64,000 nt of DNA from an uncultured Actinomycetota bacterium (GTDB lineage Bacteria > Actinomycetota > Actinomycetes > JACCUZ01), in contig CAWCFV010000002.1 of NCBI GenBank assembly GCA_963794995.1, forward strand, positions 2,954,722 through 3,018,721, read 5' to 3'. Every line of letters begins with the position of its first letter. Position 1 is the first letter of the stretch. The notes beneath the pieces were generated by a model. It searched no databases. It had not been told where the DNA came from and was given only the letters and a program-made list of their open reading frames with translations. The translations under genes and the position numbers were made by a program. Below are positions 10,098 to 19,774 of the stretch, piece after piece.

Positions 10098-10642
10098 CCC
10101 CCGCGCGCCGACCGCTGCGGTGGTTGGCACGCCGCCTGGCGACCGCCGCCGCGGTCGGTGCCGTGCTCGCAGGCGGCGTCGTGGGAGCGGCTCCGGCGTG
10201 GGCGGCGACGATCGACTGCACGCCGATGGGCGACCCGGCCTGCCGGGACCTGGCGCCGGTCGCCGAGTGCGTCTGGGACAACAAGGACGGCACCAAGACG
10301 GCGCTGTGGGGATGGGACAACCCCAGCACCTCCACCCTGCGCATCGACGTCGGCAACAAGAACAAGATGTCACCCGGCGCCGAGGACCAGGGCCAGCCGA
10401 CCCTGTTCCTCCCGGGGCGGACGCGCAACGTGTTCACCACGACGTACACCGGGACGTCCACGACCTGGCGGCTGGGCAACGAGACGGCCACGGCCGGCTC
10501 CGGCACCACCGCCTGCTCGACCAAGCCGGTCTCCCAGATCGGCAGCGTCGGCGTCCTGCTGCTCGCTGTTCTCGTGCTCGTCCTCACCTCGGCGCTCGCG
10601 CTCGTCGCGCGGCCGCGCCGGTCACCTGTGGAGGTCCGATGA
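10094..10642 (+). CDS. paralogous secreted protein with C-terminal sorting-signal-like anchor (candidate exosortase substrate 2)
   Basis: GTGA overlap; signal peptide ending AAPAWA; core PVAECVWDNKDGTKT...DQGQPTLFLPG; ends CSTKPVSQIG + VGVLLLAVLVLVLTSALALVA + RPRR. Confidence 0.82.
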   Translation: MTPARRPLRWLARRLATAAAVGAVLAGGVVGAAPAWAATIDCTPMGDPACRDLAPVAECVWDNKDGTKTALWGWDNPSTSTLRIDVGNKNKMSPGAEDQGQPTLFLPGRTRNVFTTTYTGTSTTWRLGNETATAGSGTTACSTKPVSQIGSVGVLLLAVLVLVLTSALALVARPRRSPVEVR

Positions 10643-11347
10643 AGGTCCTTGCCGTCGGGGCCCACCCCGACGACATCGAGCTCGGCTGCGCGGGGGCACT
10701 CGCGCGCCACGTCGCCGCCGGCGACGAGGTGACGATGCTCGTGCTCACGCCCGGCGAGAGCGGCCCGCAGGGGCTGACCTCGCGGGTCCGCGAGCAGGAG
10801 ACGGCGAGCGCGCTGCTCGGCGTCCCGGCTGATGTGGGGCCCGTTCGACGACGGGATGATCCCGGTGGGCCGTGAGATCGTGACCGTGCTCGACGAGGCG
10901 GTCGCCGTCACCGGTGCCGAGATCATCTACACCCACGCGCCGCACGACACCCACCAGGACCACGTCGCGACCTCGCAGGCAGCTCTCGCGGCGGCGCGGC
11001 GGATGTCCCGGGTCCTGTTCTACCAGTCGCCGTCGACCACGTCCTTCGACCCGACGGTGTTCGTCAACGTCGAGCGCACCCTCGGCGCCAAGCTGGACGC
11101 GCTGCGTGCGCACTGGTCGCAGGTCATGCAGTGCGCGATGGTCGACCTCGAGGCGGTCGAGGTGGGGGCGCGGTTCTGGGGTACCCGGGCCAAGGTCTCC
11201 TACGCCGAGGCGTTCGTGTCGCCCCGCTTCGTCTGGGAGATCGGCTCGCCGACCGACCGGCGCACGCAGCCGCCGGAGGCCGACGCCGAGGAGGCAGGCG
11301 CGAGCGCAGCAACGTCGGCGCCGCTGGTCGGGGGACTGCGGCCGTGA
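10639..11347 (+). CDS. PIG-L/LmbE family N-deacetylase; one indel near 10830
   Basis: MKVLAVGAHPDDIELGCAG (HPDD metal motif), R-x-x-E, THAPHDTHQDH, YAEAF. Confidence 0.88.
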
Positions 11348-12754
11348 CCACGGGGCGGCCCCCGCGTGCCGCCCAGGGCGCGCCGGACACCCATGGTGCG
11401 CACGGGACGGCCGCGCCGTGGACCTTCCTGTACCTGCTGGCCGCGGGAGCCCTGCCTGGTCGCGCTGCTCGGGGTCGACACGGCCATCATCGTCGCGTCG
11501 GTGGCGGTGAACCTGGCCTTCCTGGCCTTCTTCCTGCGGCACGTCTCGTTCGCCGCCGCAGCGGTCCGGTGGGCCCCGAAGGACCTGTACGCGGAGTACG
11601 AGGTCGACCTCGGCTACCGGCCCAACGTGAGCATCCTGGTGGCCTGCCACAACGAGGCGCTGGTGGCCGAGTCCCTGGTGCGCGGGCTGGCGGCCCTGCA
11701 CTACTCGCGGGCCCGGCTCGAGGTCATCCTGGTCGACGACGCGTCCACCGACGGCACGGGCGACCTCCTCGAACGGCTCACCGCAGGCCAGCGGCACATG
11801 CGGGTCCTGCGCCGCCCGCCCGGCTCCGGCGGGGGCAAGTCCGGAGCACTGAACGCCGCCGCCGAGGTGGCCCGTGGCGAGGTCATCGTCATCTTCGACG
11901 CCGACCACATCCCCCGCCGCAACGTGGTGGACCGGCTGGTGCGCCACTTCCAGGACCCCCGGGTGTCGGCGGTCCAGGGGCGCTGCGTCGTGCGCAACTC
12001 GGTGCAGTCCAAGCTGGCCCGCTCGATCGCGATCGACTACTTCTCCGGCTACCTGGTCAACGAGTACGGGCGGCAGGCGCTGTTCGAGCTGCCGGCCTAC
12101 GGCGGGGCGAACTGTGCCGTCCGCACCTCGACGCTTCGCGAGCTCGGCGGCTGGAACACCAACAGCGTCACCGAGGACACCGACCTCACCCTGCGCGTGC
12201 TGCTGCACGGCTACCGGGTGCGCTACGACATCACCGCGGTGGACACCGAGGAGAGCGCGACCACCCTCAAGCGCTTCATCGGCCAGCGGTACCGGTGGGC
12301 CCGCGGGCACCAGCAGGTCTGGCGCGACTACCGCCGCGCCGTGGTCACCGACGCGAAGCTCTCGTTGCCCGAGAAGATCGAGACGATCATGTTCCTGCTC
12401 GTCTACCACGTCCCGGTGCTGTGCACGATCACGCTGCTCATGACCGCGCTCCGGATCGGCGGCGTCGGTCCTCAGGTGAGCCTGTTCGAGCTGCTGCCGC
12501 TGGCGGCGCTGCTGTTCGCCGGCCCGTTCTGCGAGCTCGCCGTCGGGCTGCTCGTCGGGCGCGCGCCGCGCCGGTCGGCCTGGTCGATCGCCTGGATGAC
12601 CCCGATCTTCTTCGTGTTCATGCTGGTGTGCACCCGTGCCTGGTTCGACGGCCTGGCCGGCCGCTCGTACTCCTGGGTCAAGACGGCCCGCTCGTCGTGG
12701 TCCGCCCTGGAGGGCGCCGAGGAGGACCCGCTCGGGCAGGGGGCGGCGGCATGA
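11344..12754 (+). CDS. membrane-embedded processive GT2 glycosyltransferase (cellulose synthase/PgaC-like); one indel near 11455
   Basis: GTGA overlap; N-terminal TM helices; VDDASTD, GKSGALN, FDADH, TEDTD, QRYRW (QxxRW); three C-terminal TM helices and WVKT. Confidence 0.9.
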
Positions 12755-13287
12755 CCGCCCGCCGGGCCACGGTGTTCACGGCCCTGGCGCTGTGCCTGCT
12801 CGTGGCGGTGGGGGGCTTCCACCTGCTCAACGGCGTCGCGCGGGACGCGGAGTCGGCCTTCGTCATGGTGCTGCTCGGCCCCCTCGGGGCGCGCGCGAGC
12901 GTCCTCGGTGACCACATGTTCCAGCTGCTCCCGCCGGACCAGCAGGCCTTCCGGGCGGTCCTCACGCCGTACTGCTCGTCGCTGATCCCCGTCCTCGCCC
13001 TGGCGACCATCGGCTTCTTCATCCTGTCCGGCACCCTGCGGCGGCGGTTGTTGGCCGTCTCGGTGGCAGCGGCGCTGGTGCTGTTCTGCAACGTCCTGCG
13101 GATCGCCGGCTCGCTCTGGATGGGCTACGAGTACGGCGGCACCGCCCTGGTGCTCTTCCACGACTGGGTGGGCACGTTCTTCGCGCTGGTCTACACGATG
13201 GCGGGCTTCTTCCTGATGCTCTTCCTGCTGCTGCCGAGCGCCGTCGACAAGATCCCCCGCGCGGCACGGGTCAGCGACGTCCTCTAA
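12751..13287 (+). CDS. exosortase/archaeosortase family membrane protein (178 aa)
   Basis: ATGA overlap with GT2 stop; about 4 TM helices; family hallmarks LTPYCSS (Cys75), CNVLRI (Asn114-x-x-Arg117), LFHDWVG (His137). Confidence 0.85.
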   Translation: MTARRATVFTALALCLLVAVGGFHLLNGVARDAESAFVMVLLGPLGARASVLGDHMFQLLPPDQQAFRAVLTPYCSSLIPVLALATIGFFILSGTLRRRLLAVSVAAALVLFCNVLRIAGSLWMGYEYGGTALVLFHDWVGTFFALVYTMAGFFLMLFLLLPSAVDKIPRAARVSDVL

Positions 13288-13345
13288 AGCCGCGGCCACA
13301 TTCCTCCGAATGGACCAGTGTGAACCTCACTTCGGCGGCTGACTC

Positions 13346-14834
13346 GTGACCGGGTCCGTGACGACGCTGGTGGCCCTGCTCATCGGGCTCAGCGCGCTGT
13401 TCGTCGCCGTCTCGTGGCGTTTCGTCCGCTTCCTGCGGGTCCGGAGCGGCATCGTGGCCGGACTGCGGCACGAGGACTCGGGGGTCCGCGTCGCCGCGGT
13501 CCTGCAGGCTGCGGAGATCGGGCTCACCTCCACCGCCCCCGTCCTGCTCAAGGCCGTGCGCGCGGAGAGCGACCCGACCGTCCTCGCCGCGGTGGTGCGC
13601 ACTGTCGCGGCCCGGCAGTGGGAGCCCGCCTCGACCAGCGGCATCGTCGAGCTGCGGCTGTGGGCCCGCGCGTACTCCGGCAAGCACCCGGAGGTCCGCG
13701 CCGCCGTCCAGTCGGCCCCCATGCTGCCGGGCGTCGCCGGAGCGCGTGCCCCCGCCCTCGCTGGACCCCCGCCGCGCCGAGGAGTTCCGCACCCGGTCGG
13801 ACCAGGTGCCCCACCCGGTCCCCGTCACTGCCGGCGGGCCCGTCACCGCCGTGAGCACCGTCAGCCCGTGGCTGCCCGCCGACCCCGACCCGCTGCACCC
13901 CACGACGGTCCTGGTGACCGGCGCGGGCGGGCCCGCGGGAGTCGCCGTCATCCGCGCCCTGCAGGCGGCCGGGCACGAGGCGGTGGCCCTCGACGCCGAC
14001 GAGTCGGCGGTGGGTCTGCGCCTCACCGAGCAGTCGCACCTGGTGCCGCGCTTCGACGATCCCAGCTACCTCGCCGCGCTGGTCCGTGCCGCCACCGTGT
14101 CCTCGGCCCAGGCGCTCATCTGCACCGTGGCCGAGGAGTACCCCGCGCTGATCGCCGCCCAGCCGTACCTGGAGGAGTCCGGCGTCCGCACCCTGATGCC
14201 GAGCCGCGAGGCGGTCGAGGCGTGCATCGACAAGTGGGCGTTCGCCTCGGTGATGACCGCGGCCGGGCTGCCGGGACCGGCGACCGGTCTCGGGACCGCC
14301 GAGGGGATCCCCGGCCCGTGGGTCGTCAAGCCCCGGTTCGGGCGCGGCAGCCGCGACGTGCACCTCGTCGCGACCGCGACCCGCCTGCGCTCGGTCCTCG
14401 GCCTGGTGCCGCAGCCGATCGTCCAGACCCAGCTCACCGGCCGTGAGTTCACGGTGGACGCCCTCGTCGACGTCACGGGCACCGTCGTCTCGTCCACGCC
14501 GAGGTGGCGCCACGAGACCAAGGCCGGGATCTCGACCAAGGGAGAGACCTTCGAGGACGAGGAGGTCGCGAACGTCTGCGCCCTCGTGCTCAAGGCGGTC
14601 GACCTCGTCGGGCCGGCGAACGTGCAGGGCTTCGTCGCCGAGGACGGTGGCGTGATGATCCACGAGGTCAACCCGCGGTTCTCCGGCGGCCTGCCGCTCA
14701 CCCTGCACGCCGGCGCCGATGTCGTCGAGGAGTACCTGCGCGCCATCCTCGGCCTGCCGATGCGGCCCGAGCGGCTGGTCGCCCGGCCGGGCGTGCGCAT
14801 GATGCGGCACCTCACCGAGGTGTTCGAGGCGTGA
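13346..14834 (+). CDS. N-terminal TM + HEAT-repeat-like region fused (across an indel near 13745) to an ATP-grasp ligase domain
   Basis: TM LVALLIGLSALFVAVSW; HEAT-like LRHEDSGVRVAAV...ESDPTVLAAV; then VLVTGAGGPAG, CIDKW, VVKPRFGRGSR, EFTVD, HEVNPRFSGG. Confidence 0.78.
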
Positions 14835-16002
14835 CCGGTCCGCTGCGACTGACCGTGGCGGTGGGCACCCGCCCGGAGGTCGTCAAGCTCGCGCCCGTCG
14901 TGGCTGCGTTGCGGGGCGCCGGGCACGCCGTCCGGTGCGTCGGCGACGGGCAGCACACGGACCGGCGGCTCGCCGGCGACCTGTTCGCCGAGCTCGGCTG
15001 CCCCCGGACGAGACCTGGGCGCTGGCCGGCTCCGAGGGGGAGCGGGTCGGGGCGCTGCTGGCGCTCGCCTACCGCGAGCTCGAGGGGCACCGGCCGGACG
15101 CGACCGTGGTCCTGGGCGACACCTACACCGCACCGCTGGTCGCGATGGCCTCGCGCCGGGCAGGCGTCGGCGTCGTGCACGTCGAGGCGGGGCTGCGCTC
15201 GTTCAACGACGTGTCGATGGAGGAGTCCAACCGCCGGATGATGGCCTCGCTCGCGACGCTGCACCTGGCACCCACCGAGCTGGCCCGGAGGTTCCTGCTG
15301 CAGGAGGCGGTCGACCCCTCGCGGGTCCGCGTCGTCGGCAACCCGGTGCTCGACGCCGTCCGCCTCGAGGGGGTGGCGCGGGTGCCGATCGGGCGCCGGG
15401 CCGGGGTCCTGGTCACGGCGCACCGGGCCACCAACGTCGACGACCCCGAGCGGCTCGCCGTGCTGGTCCGGCTCGTCGAACAGCTCGCCGCCCGGCACGG
15501 CGGTGTCGTGTTCCCCGTGCACCCCCGGACGCGGGACCGGCTGGTGACCGCCGGCCTGTGGGAGGGCCTGGCCTCCCTCGCGCACCGTGACGGCGACGGC
15601 AGCCGGGGCGTGCACCTCGTCGAGCCCATGGGCTACGGCGACCTGCTCCGCGCGATGGCAGCCAGCGCGTTCGTCGTCACCGACAGCGGCGGCATCCAGG
15701 AGGAGGCGTCCTACCTGGGCGTCCCGGTCGTGGTCATGCGCACGACGACCCCCCGCTGGGAGGGCGTGCAGTCCGGGGCCGCGGTGCTCACCGGGCTCGA
15801 CGAGGCCCGCGTGCTCGACGCGGCGGCCGGCTTCGCCTCTCCCGCCGAGCTGGCCCGGGTCGCCGCCCTGCCGTGCCCCTACGGCGACGGCCGCACCGCC
15901 GAGCGGGTCGTCGAGGTCCTCGCCGAGCCGGAGGTCGCCGCGCTCCTGCAGCCGCGCGAGCCCCGGCTGGCGGCCGCCCTGCCGGCTCGCGTCCCGTCGT
16001 GA
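14831..16002 (+). CDS. wecB: UDP-N-acetylglucosamine 2-epimerase (non-hydrolysing); one indel near 15000
   Basis: GTRPEVVKLAP, GQH, VLGDT, HVEAGLRS, EESNR, GNPVLD, TAHRATNVD, TDSGGIQEEA, PYGDG. Confidence 0.9.
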
Positions 16003-16769
16003 CGACCGGCGGGGTACCGGTCCACGCGGTCACCGTCGACCTGGACGACACCCTCTACCCGCAGTCGGCCTGGCTGGCCGGGGCCTGGGCTGCCGTCGCG
16101 GACGAGGCCGGCCGGCACGGGCTCGACCCGGTGGCCGTGCACGACGGCCTGCTCGCCGCCTGCGCCGAGGGGTCGGACCGCGGCGGCATCATCGACCGGG
16201 CCCTGGCCGCGGCGGGGCTGCCGCTGCCGCTCGCCACCGCGCTGGTACCCGGCCTCGTCTCGGTCTTCACCGGCCATCGCCCGGCCAGGCTGACCGCCTA
16301 CCCGGGAGCGGTCGAGGCCCTGGCCCGGCTCGCGTCGACCGTCCCCGTGGTCCTAATCACCGACGGCGTCCCCGCCGTCCAGCGCGCCAAGGTCGAGGCG
16401 CTGGGCCTCGGGTCCCTGCTCGCCCACGTGGTCGTGTCCGACGAGCTGGGCGGCCGGCACCTGCGCAAGCCGGACCCCGCGCCGTTCCGGCACGCGCTGG
16501 CGATGCTGGGGGCAGCCCCGGAGCACGTCGTGCACGTCGGCGACCGGCCGGAGAAGGACGTCCGCGGCGCGGCGGCAGCCGGTATGCGCTGCGTGCGGGT
16601 GACCACCGGGGAGTACGCGGCGGTGCCCCCGGAGCAGGAGCGGCCCTGGCGGGTCGCCGGCACGTTCGCGGAGGCCGTCGACCTGCTCGAGCCGCTGCTG
16701 GCCGTCGAGGCCGGACCGGCCGAACGCCCCCTCGCGGCGGGAACAGCCGGCGCCAGCGCTCGGTTGTGA
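15999..16769 (+). CDS. HAD-superfamily hydrolase (phosphatase)
   Basis: GTGA overlap; DLDDTLY motif [19 protein letters not shown] motif IV. Confidence 0.9.
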   Translation: MTTGGVPVHAVTVDLDDTLYPQSAWLAGAWAAVADEAGRHGLDPVAVHDGLLAACAEGSDRGGIIDRALAAAGLPLPLATALVPGLVSVFTGHRPARLTAYPGAVEALARLASTVPVVLITDGVPAVQRAKVEALGLGSLLAHVVVSDELGGRHLRKPDPAPFRHALAMLGAAPEHVVHVGDRPEKDVRGAAAAGMRCVRVTTGEYAAVPPEQERPWRVAGTFAEAVDLLEPLLAVEAGPAERPLAAGTAGASARL

Positions 16770-16872
16770 GGATCGGACCCTGCTCTGGCACACTGGTCCG
16801 CTGGTTCCGGTTCACGTCCTGCGAGCGCGCGGCGACGACCCGGCGACCCCACACCATGAGGAGCGCATCACC

Positions 16873-17091
16873 GTGAAGGCCGACATCCACCCCGAGTACG
16901 TCGAGACGACCGCCACCTGCACGTGCGGCGCGACGTTCACCACCCGCAGCACCGCGAAGAACGGCGCGATCCACGCCGAGGTCTGCTCGCAGTGCCACCC
17001 CTTCTACACCGGCAAGCAGAAGATCCTCGACACCGGCGGCCGCGTGGCCCGGTTCGAGAAGCGCTTCGGGAAGCAGTCCGGCTCCAAGTAG
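16873..17091 (+). CDS. rpmE: 50S ribosomal protein L31, Zn-binding type A
   Basis: [12 protein letters not shown]...[19 protein letters not shown]. Confidence 0.97.
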   Translation: MKADIHPEYVETTATCTCGATFTTRSTAKNGAIHAEVCSQCHPFYTGKQKILDTGGRVARFEKRFGKQSGSK

Positions 17092-17099
17092 CTCTCCGG

Positions 17100-17140
17100 C
17101 GGCCCCGGTCCCGCACCCTCGTGGTGCGGGACCGGGGCCG
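17100..17140 (+). terminator. 18-bp perfect stem-loop after rpmE (terminator or mRNA-stabilising hairpin)
   Basis: cggccccggtcccgcacc-ctcgt-ggtgcgggaccggggccg followed by ttgtcgt. Confidence 0.75.
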
Positions 17141-17181
17141 TTGTCGTCGTGTCCGCGGTCCCGCCTCCCGAGGAGCCTGTC

Positions 17182-18255
17182 GTGCTCGAAGCCCCCGCCG
17201 AGATGCTGGCCGAGCACGCCCGGGTGGAGCAGGAGCTCGCCGACCCCGCGGTGCACGGCGACCAGACGCGGGCCCGAGCCCTGGGCAAGCGCTACGCCGA
17301 GCTGACGCCGGTCGTCGACCTCCACCGTGAGCTGCAGGCGCTGGCGGGTGACCTGGCGGCCGCCCGCGAGCTGGGGGCCGACGACGCGTCGTTCGCGGCC
17401 GAGGTGCCGCAGATGGAGCAGCGCCAGGAGGAGCTCGAGGCCCGGCTGCAGGCCCTGCTGCTGCCGCGCGACCCGAACGACGACAAGGACGTCATCGTCG
17501 AGATCAAGGCCGGCGAGGGCGGCGAGGAGTCGGCGCTGTTCGCCGGGGACCTGCTGCGGATGTACCTGCGCTACGCCGAGCGCGTCGGCTGGCGCACCGA
17601 GGTGATCGAGGCGACCGAGACCGACATGGGCGGGTACAAGGACGTCCAGCTCGCGGTGAAGTCGCGCGGCACGCCCGAGCCCGGCCAGGGGGTCTGGGCG
17701 CGGCTGAAGTACGAGGGCGGCGTGCACCGCGTCCAGCGTGTGCCGGTGACCGAGTCGCAGGGCCGCATCCACACCAGCGCGGCCGGTGTCCTGGTGCTGC
17801 CGGAGGCGGAGGAGGTCGACGTGGAGATCGACCCCAACGACCTGCGGATCGACGTCTACCGGTCGTCCGGTCCCGGCGGCCAGAGCGTCAACACGACCGA
17901 CTCCGCCGTCCGCATCACCCACGTCCCCACGGGGATCGTCGCCTCGTGCCAGAACGAGAAGTCCCAGCTGCAGAACCGCGAGCAGGCGATGCGCATCCTG
18001 CGGGCGCGCTTGCTGGCGGCGGCCCAGGAGGCGGCCGACCAGGAGGCCTCGGACGCCCGCCGGTCGCAGGTGCGCACGGTCGACCGGTCCGAGCGGGTGC
18101 GGACGTACAACTACCCGGAGAACCGGATCGCCGACCACCGGGTCAACTACAAGTCGCACAACCTGGACCAGGTGCTGGACGGCGACCTGGGCGACGTCGT
18201 CCAGGCGCTCGTCGACGCCGACACCCAGGCCAAGCTGGCCGCCGCCGGGCAGTGA
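17182..18255 (+). CDS. prfA: peptide chain release factor 1
   Basis: [26 protein letters not shown] (GGQ), RTYNYP; GTG start behind GAGGAG. Confidence 0.96.
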   Translation: MLEAPAEMLAEHARVEQELADPAVHGDQTRARALGKRYAELTPVVDLHRELQALAGDLAAARELGADDASFAAEVPQMEQRQEELEARLQALLLPRDPNDDKDVIVEIKAGEGGEESALFAGDLLRMYLRYAERVGWRTEVIEATETDMGGYKDVQLAVKSRGTPEPGQGVWARLKYEGGVHRVQRVPVTESQGRIHTSAAGVLVLPEAEEVDVEIDPNDLRIDVYRSSGPGGQSVNTTDSAVRITHVPTGIVASCQNEKSQLQNREQAMRILRARLLAAAQEAADQEASDARRSQVRTVDRSERVRTYNYPENRIADHRVNYKSHNLDQVLDGDLGDVVQALVDADTQAKLAAAGQ

Positions 18256-19106
18256 CCGTGGCGCCGACGTCGTTGCGGGCCGCGGTGGCCGAGGCGGCCG
18301 CGACCCTGGCTGCGGCCGGCGTGCCGTCGGCACGGCACGACGCGGAGGTGCTGGCCGCGCACTCGCTCGGCGTCGGGCGGCGCGACCTGTGGCGCCACGA
18401 CGCCGTCGGTGCCGGCTTCGCGGCGCTCGTCATCCGCCGGGCGGCCCGCGAGCCGCTGCAGCACATCACCGGCGTCGCGCCGTTCCGGTACCTCGACCTC
18501 CTGGTCGGTCCGGGGGTCTTCGTGCCGCGGCCCGAGACCGAGGTCGTCGTCGACGCGGTTCTCGCCCGCATGGCCGGGCTCCCGCGGCCCCGGGTCGTCG
18601 ACCTCGGCACCGGCTCGGGCGCCATCGCGCTCGCCGTGGCGACCGAGGCGCCGGCCAGCGAGGTCCTCGCCGTCGAGGCCGACCCGGGCGCGCACGTCTG
18701 GGCGGCGCGCAACTGCGCGGGCTCCGCGGTCGAGCTCCGGCTGGGCGACATGGCCGAGGCGTGCCACGACCTCGACGGGACCGTCGACGTCGTGGTGAGC
18801 AACCCGCCCTACATCCCGCTCGGTGCCGTCGTCCGCGACCCCGAGGTCGTCCGGCACGACCCGGCCGTCGCGCTCTGGTCCGGGGCGGACGGCCTCGACG
18901 CGATCCGGGTCGTCGAGCGGGTGGCCGCCAGGCTGCTCCGCGCGGGGGGCTCGGTCGTGGTCGAGCACGCCGACCTCCAGGGCGAGTCGGCACCCGCGGT
19001 CTTCGCCGGTGCGGGCTGCTGGGCCGAGGTGCGGGACCATCAGGACCTGGCCGGGCGGGACCGCTTCGTGACGGCCGTTCGCGCGACGCGGGAGGAAGGA
19101 CGCTGA
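18252..19106 (+). CDS. prmC: release factor glutamine methyltransferase
   Basis: [30 protein letters not shown]. Confidence 0.95.
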   Translation: MTVAPTSLRAAVAEAAATLAAAGVPSARHDAEVLAAHSLGVGRRDLWRHDAVGAGFAALVIRRAAREPLQHITGVAPFRYLDLLVGPGVFVPRPETEVVVDAVLARMAGLPRPRVVDLGTGSGAIALAVATEAPASEVLAVEADPGAHVWAARNCAGSAVELRLGDMAEACHDLDGTVDVVVSNPPYIPLGAVVRDPEVVRHDPAVALWSGADGLDAIRVVERVAARLLRAGGSVVVEHADLQGESAPAVFAGAGCWAEVRDHQDLAGRDRFVTAVRATREEGR

Positions 19107-19774
19107 TGGGCTGGATCAGGCGGTACGACATGGCCGAGCCCGCCGAGCGCCCGGTGGGCCTCGACCTGGCGAGCGACGCCGTCCGGCGGGGCGAGCTGGT
19201 CGTGCTGCCGACGGACACGGTCTACGGGCTGGGCACCGACGCGTTCTCGCCCGAGGCGGTCGCCCGGCTGCTCGGCGCCAAGGGCCGCGGCCGGGACATG
19301 CCGGTGCCGGTGCTGGTCGGCTCACCGCGCACGCTCGACGGCATCGCGACCGGGCTCACCCAGCAGGCCCGCGACCTGGTCGAGGCGTTCTGGCCGGGCG
19401 GGCTGACCCTGGTGACCACGGCCCAGCCCTCGCTGCAGTGGGACCTCGGCGACACCGGCGGGACGGTCGCCGTCCGGATGCCGCTGCACCCGGTGGCCCT
19501 CGAGCTGCTCCGGTCCACCGGCCCGATGGGCGTCAGCAGCGCGAACCTGTCCGGCCGCCCGGCCCCGAGCACCTGCGACCAGGCCGTCGACCAGCTCGGC
19601 GAGGCGGTCTCGGTCTACCTCGACGGCGGTCCGTCCGGCGAGCCGGTGGCCTCGACGATCGTCGACGTCACCGGTGCCGCACCGCGGGTGCAGCGGCTCG
19701 GTGCCGTGTCGATCGAGGTGCTCCGCGAGGTCGTGCCCGACCTGGATCCCGGGGACTACGGTGACTCGTCATGA
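19106..19774 (+). CDS. tsaC: L-threonylcarbamoyladenylate synthase (Sua5/YrdC)
   Basis: [32 protein letters not shown]. Confidence 0.93.
   Translation: MGWIRRYDMAEPAERPVGLDLASDAVRRGELVVLPTDTVYGLGTDAFSPEAVARLLGAKGRGRDMPVPVLVGSPRTLDGIATGLTQQARDLVEAFWPGGLTLVTTAQPSLQWDLGDTGGTVAVRMPLHPVALELLRSTGPMGVSSANLSGRPAPSTCDQAVDQLGEAVSVYLDGGPSGEPVASTIVDVTGAAPRVQRLGAVSIEVLREVVPDLDPGDYGDSS

Noticed and set aside
9960-10642. LPXTG/LAXTG sortase substrates or pilins
   Set aside because: No LPXTG-like motif or pilin motif, and no sortase (TLxTC) nearby; the adjacent enzyme is exosortase-like.
11131-13287. 718-aa ORF as one protein
   Set aside because: Most of it is an off-frame read of the deacetylase and GT2 genes. 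Only 11344-11455 (GT2 N-terminus) and 12751-13287 (exosortase) are real coding sequence.
9238-16872. Cassette as a mobile element
   Set aside because: No integrase, transposase, tRNA target or flanking direct repeats seen, and codon style matches the host.
17786-19774. prfA-prmC-tsaC fusion ORFs in the track
   Set aside because: Artefacts of upstream open frames; each gene has its own overlapping start and stop.
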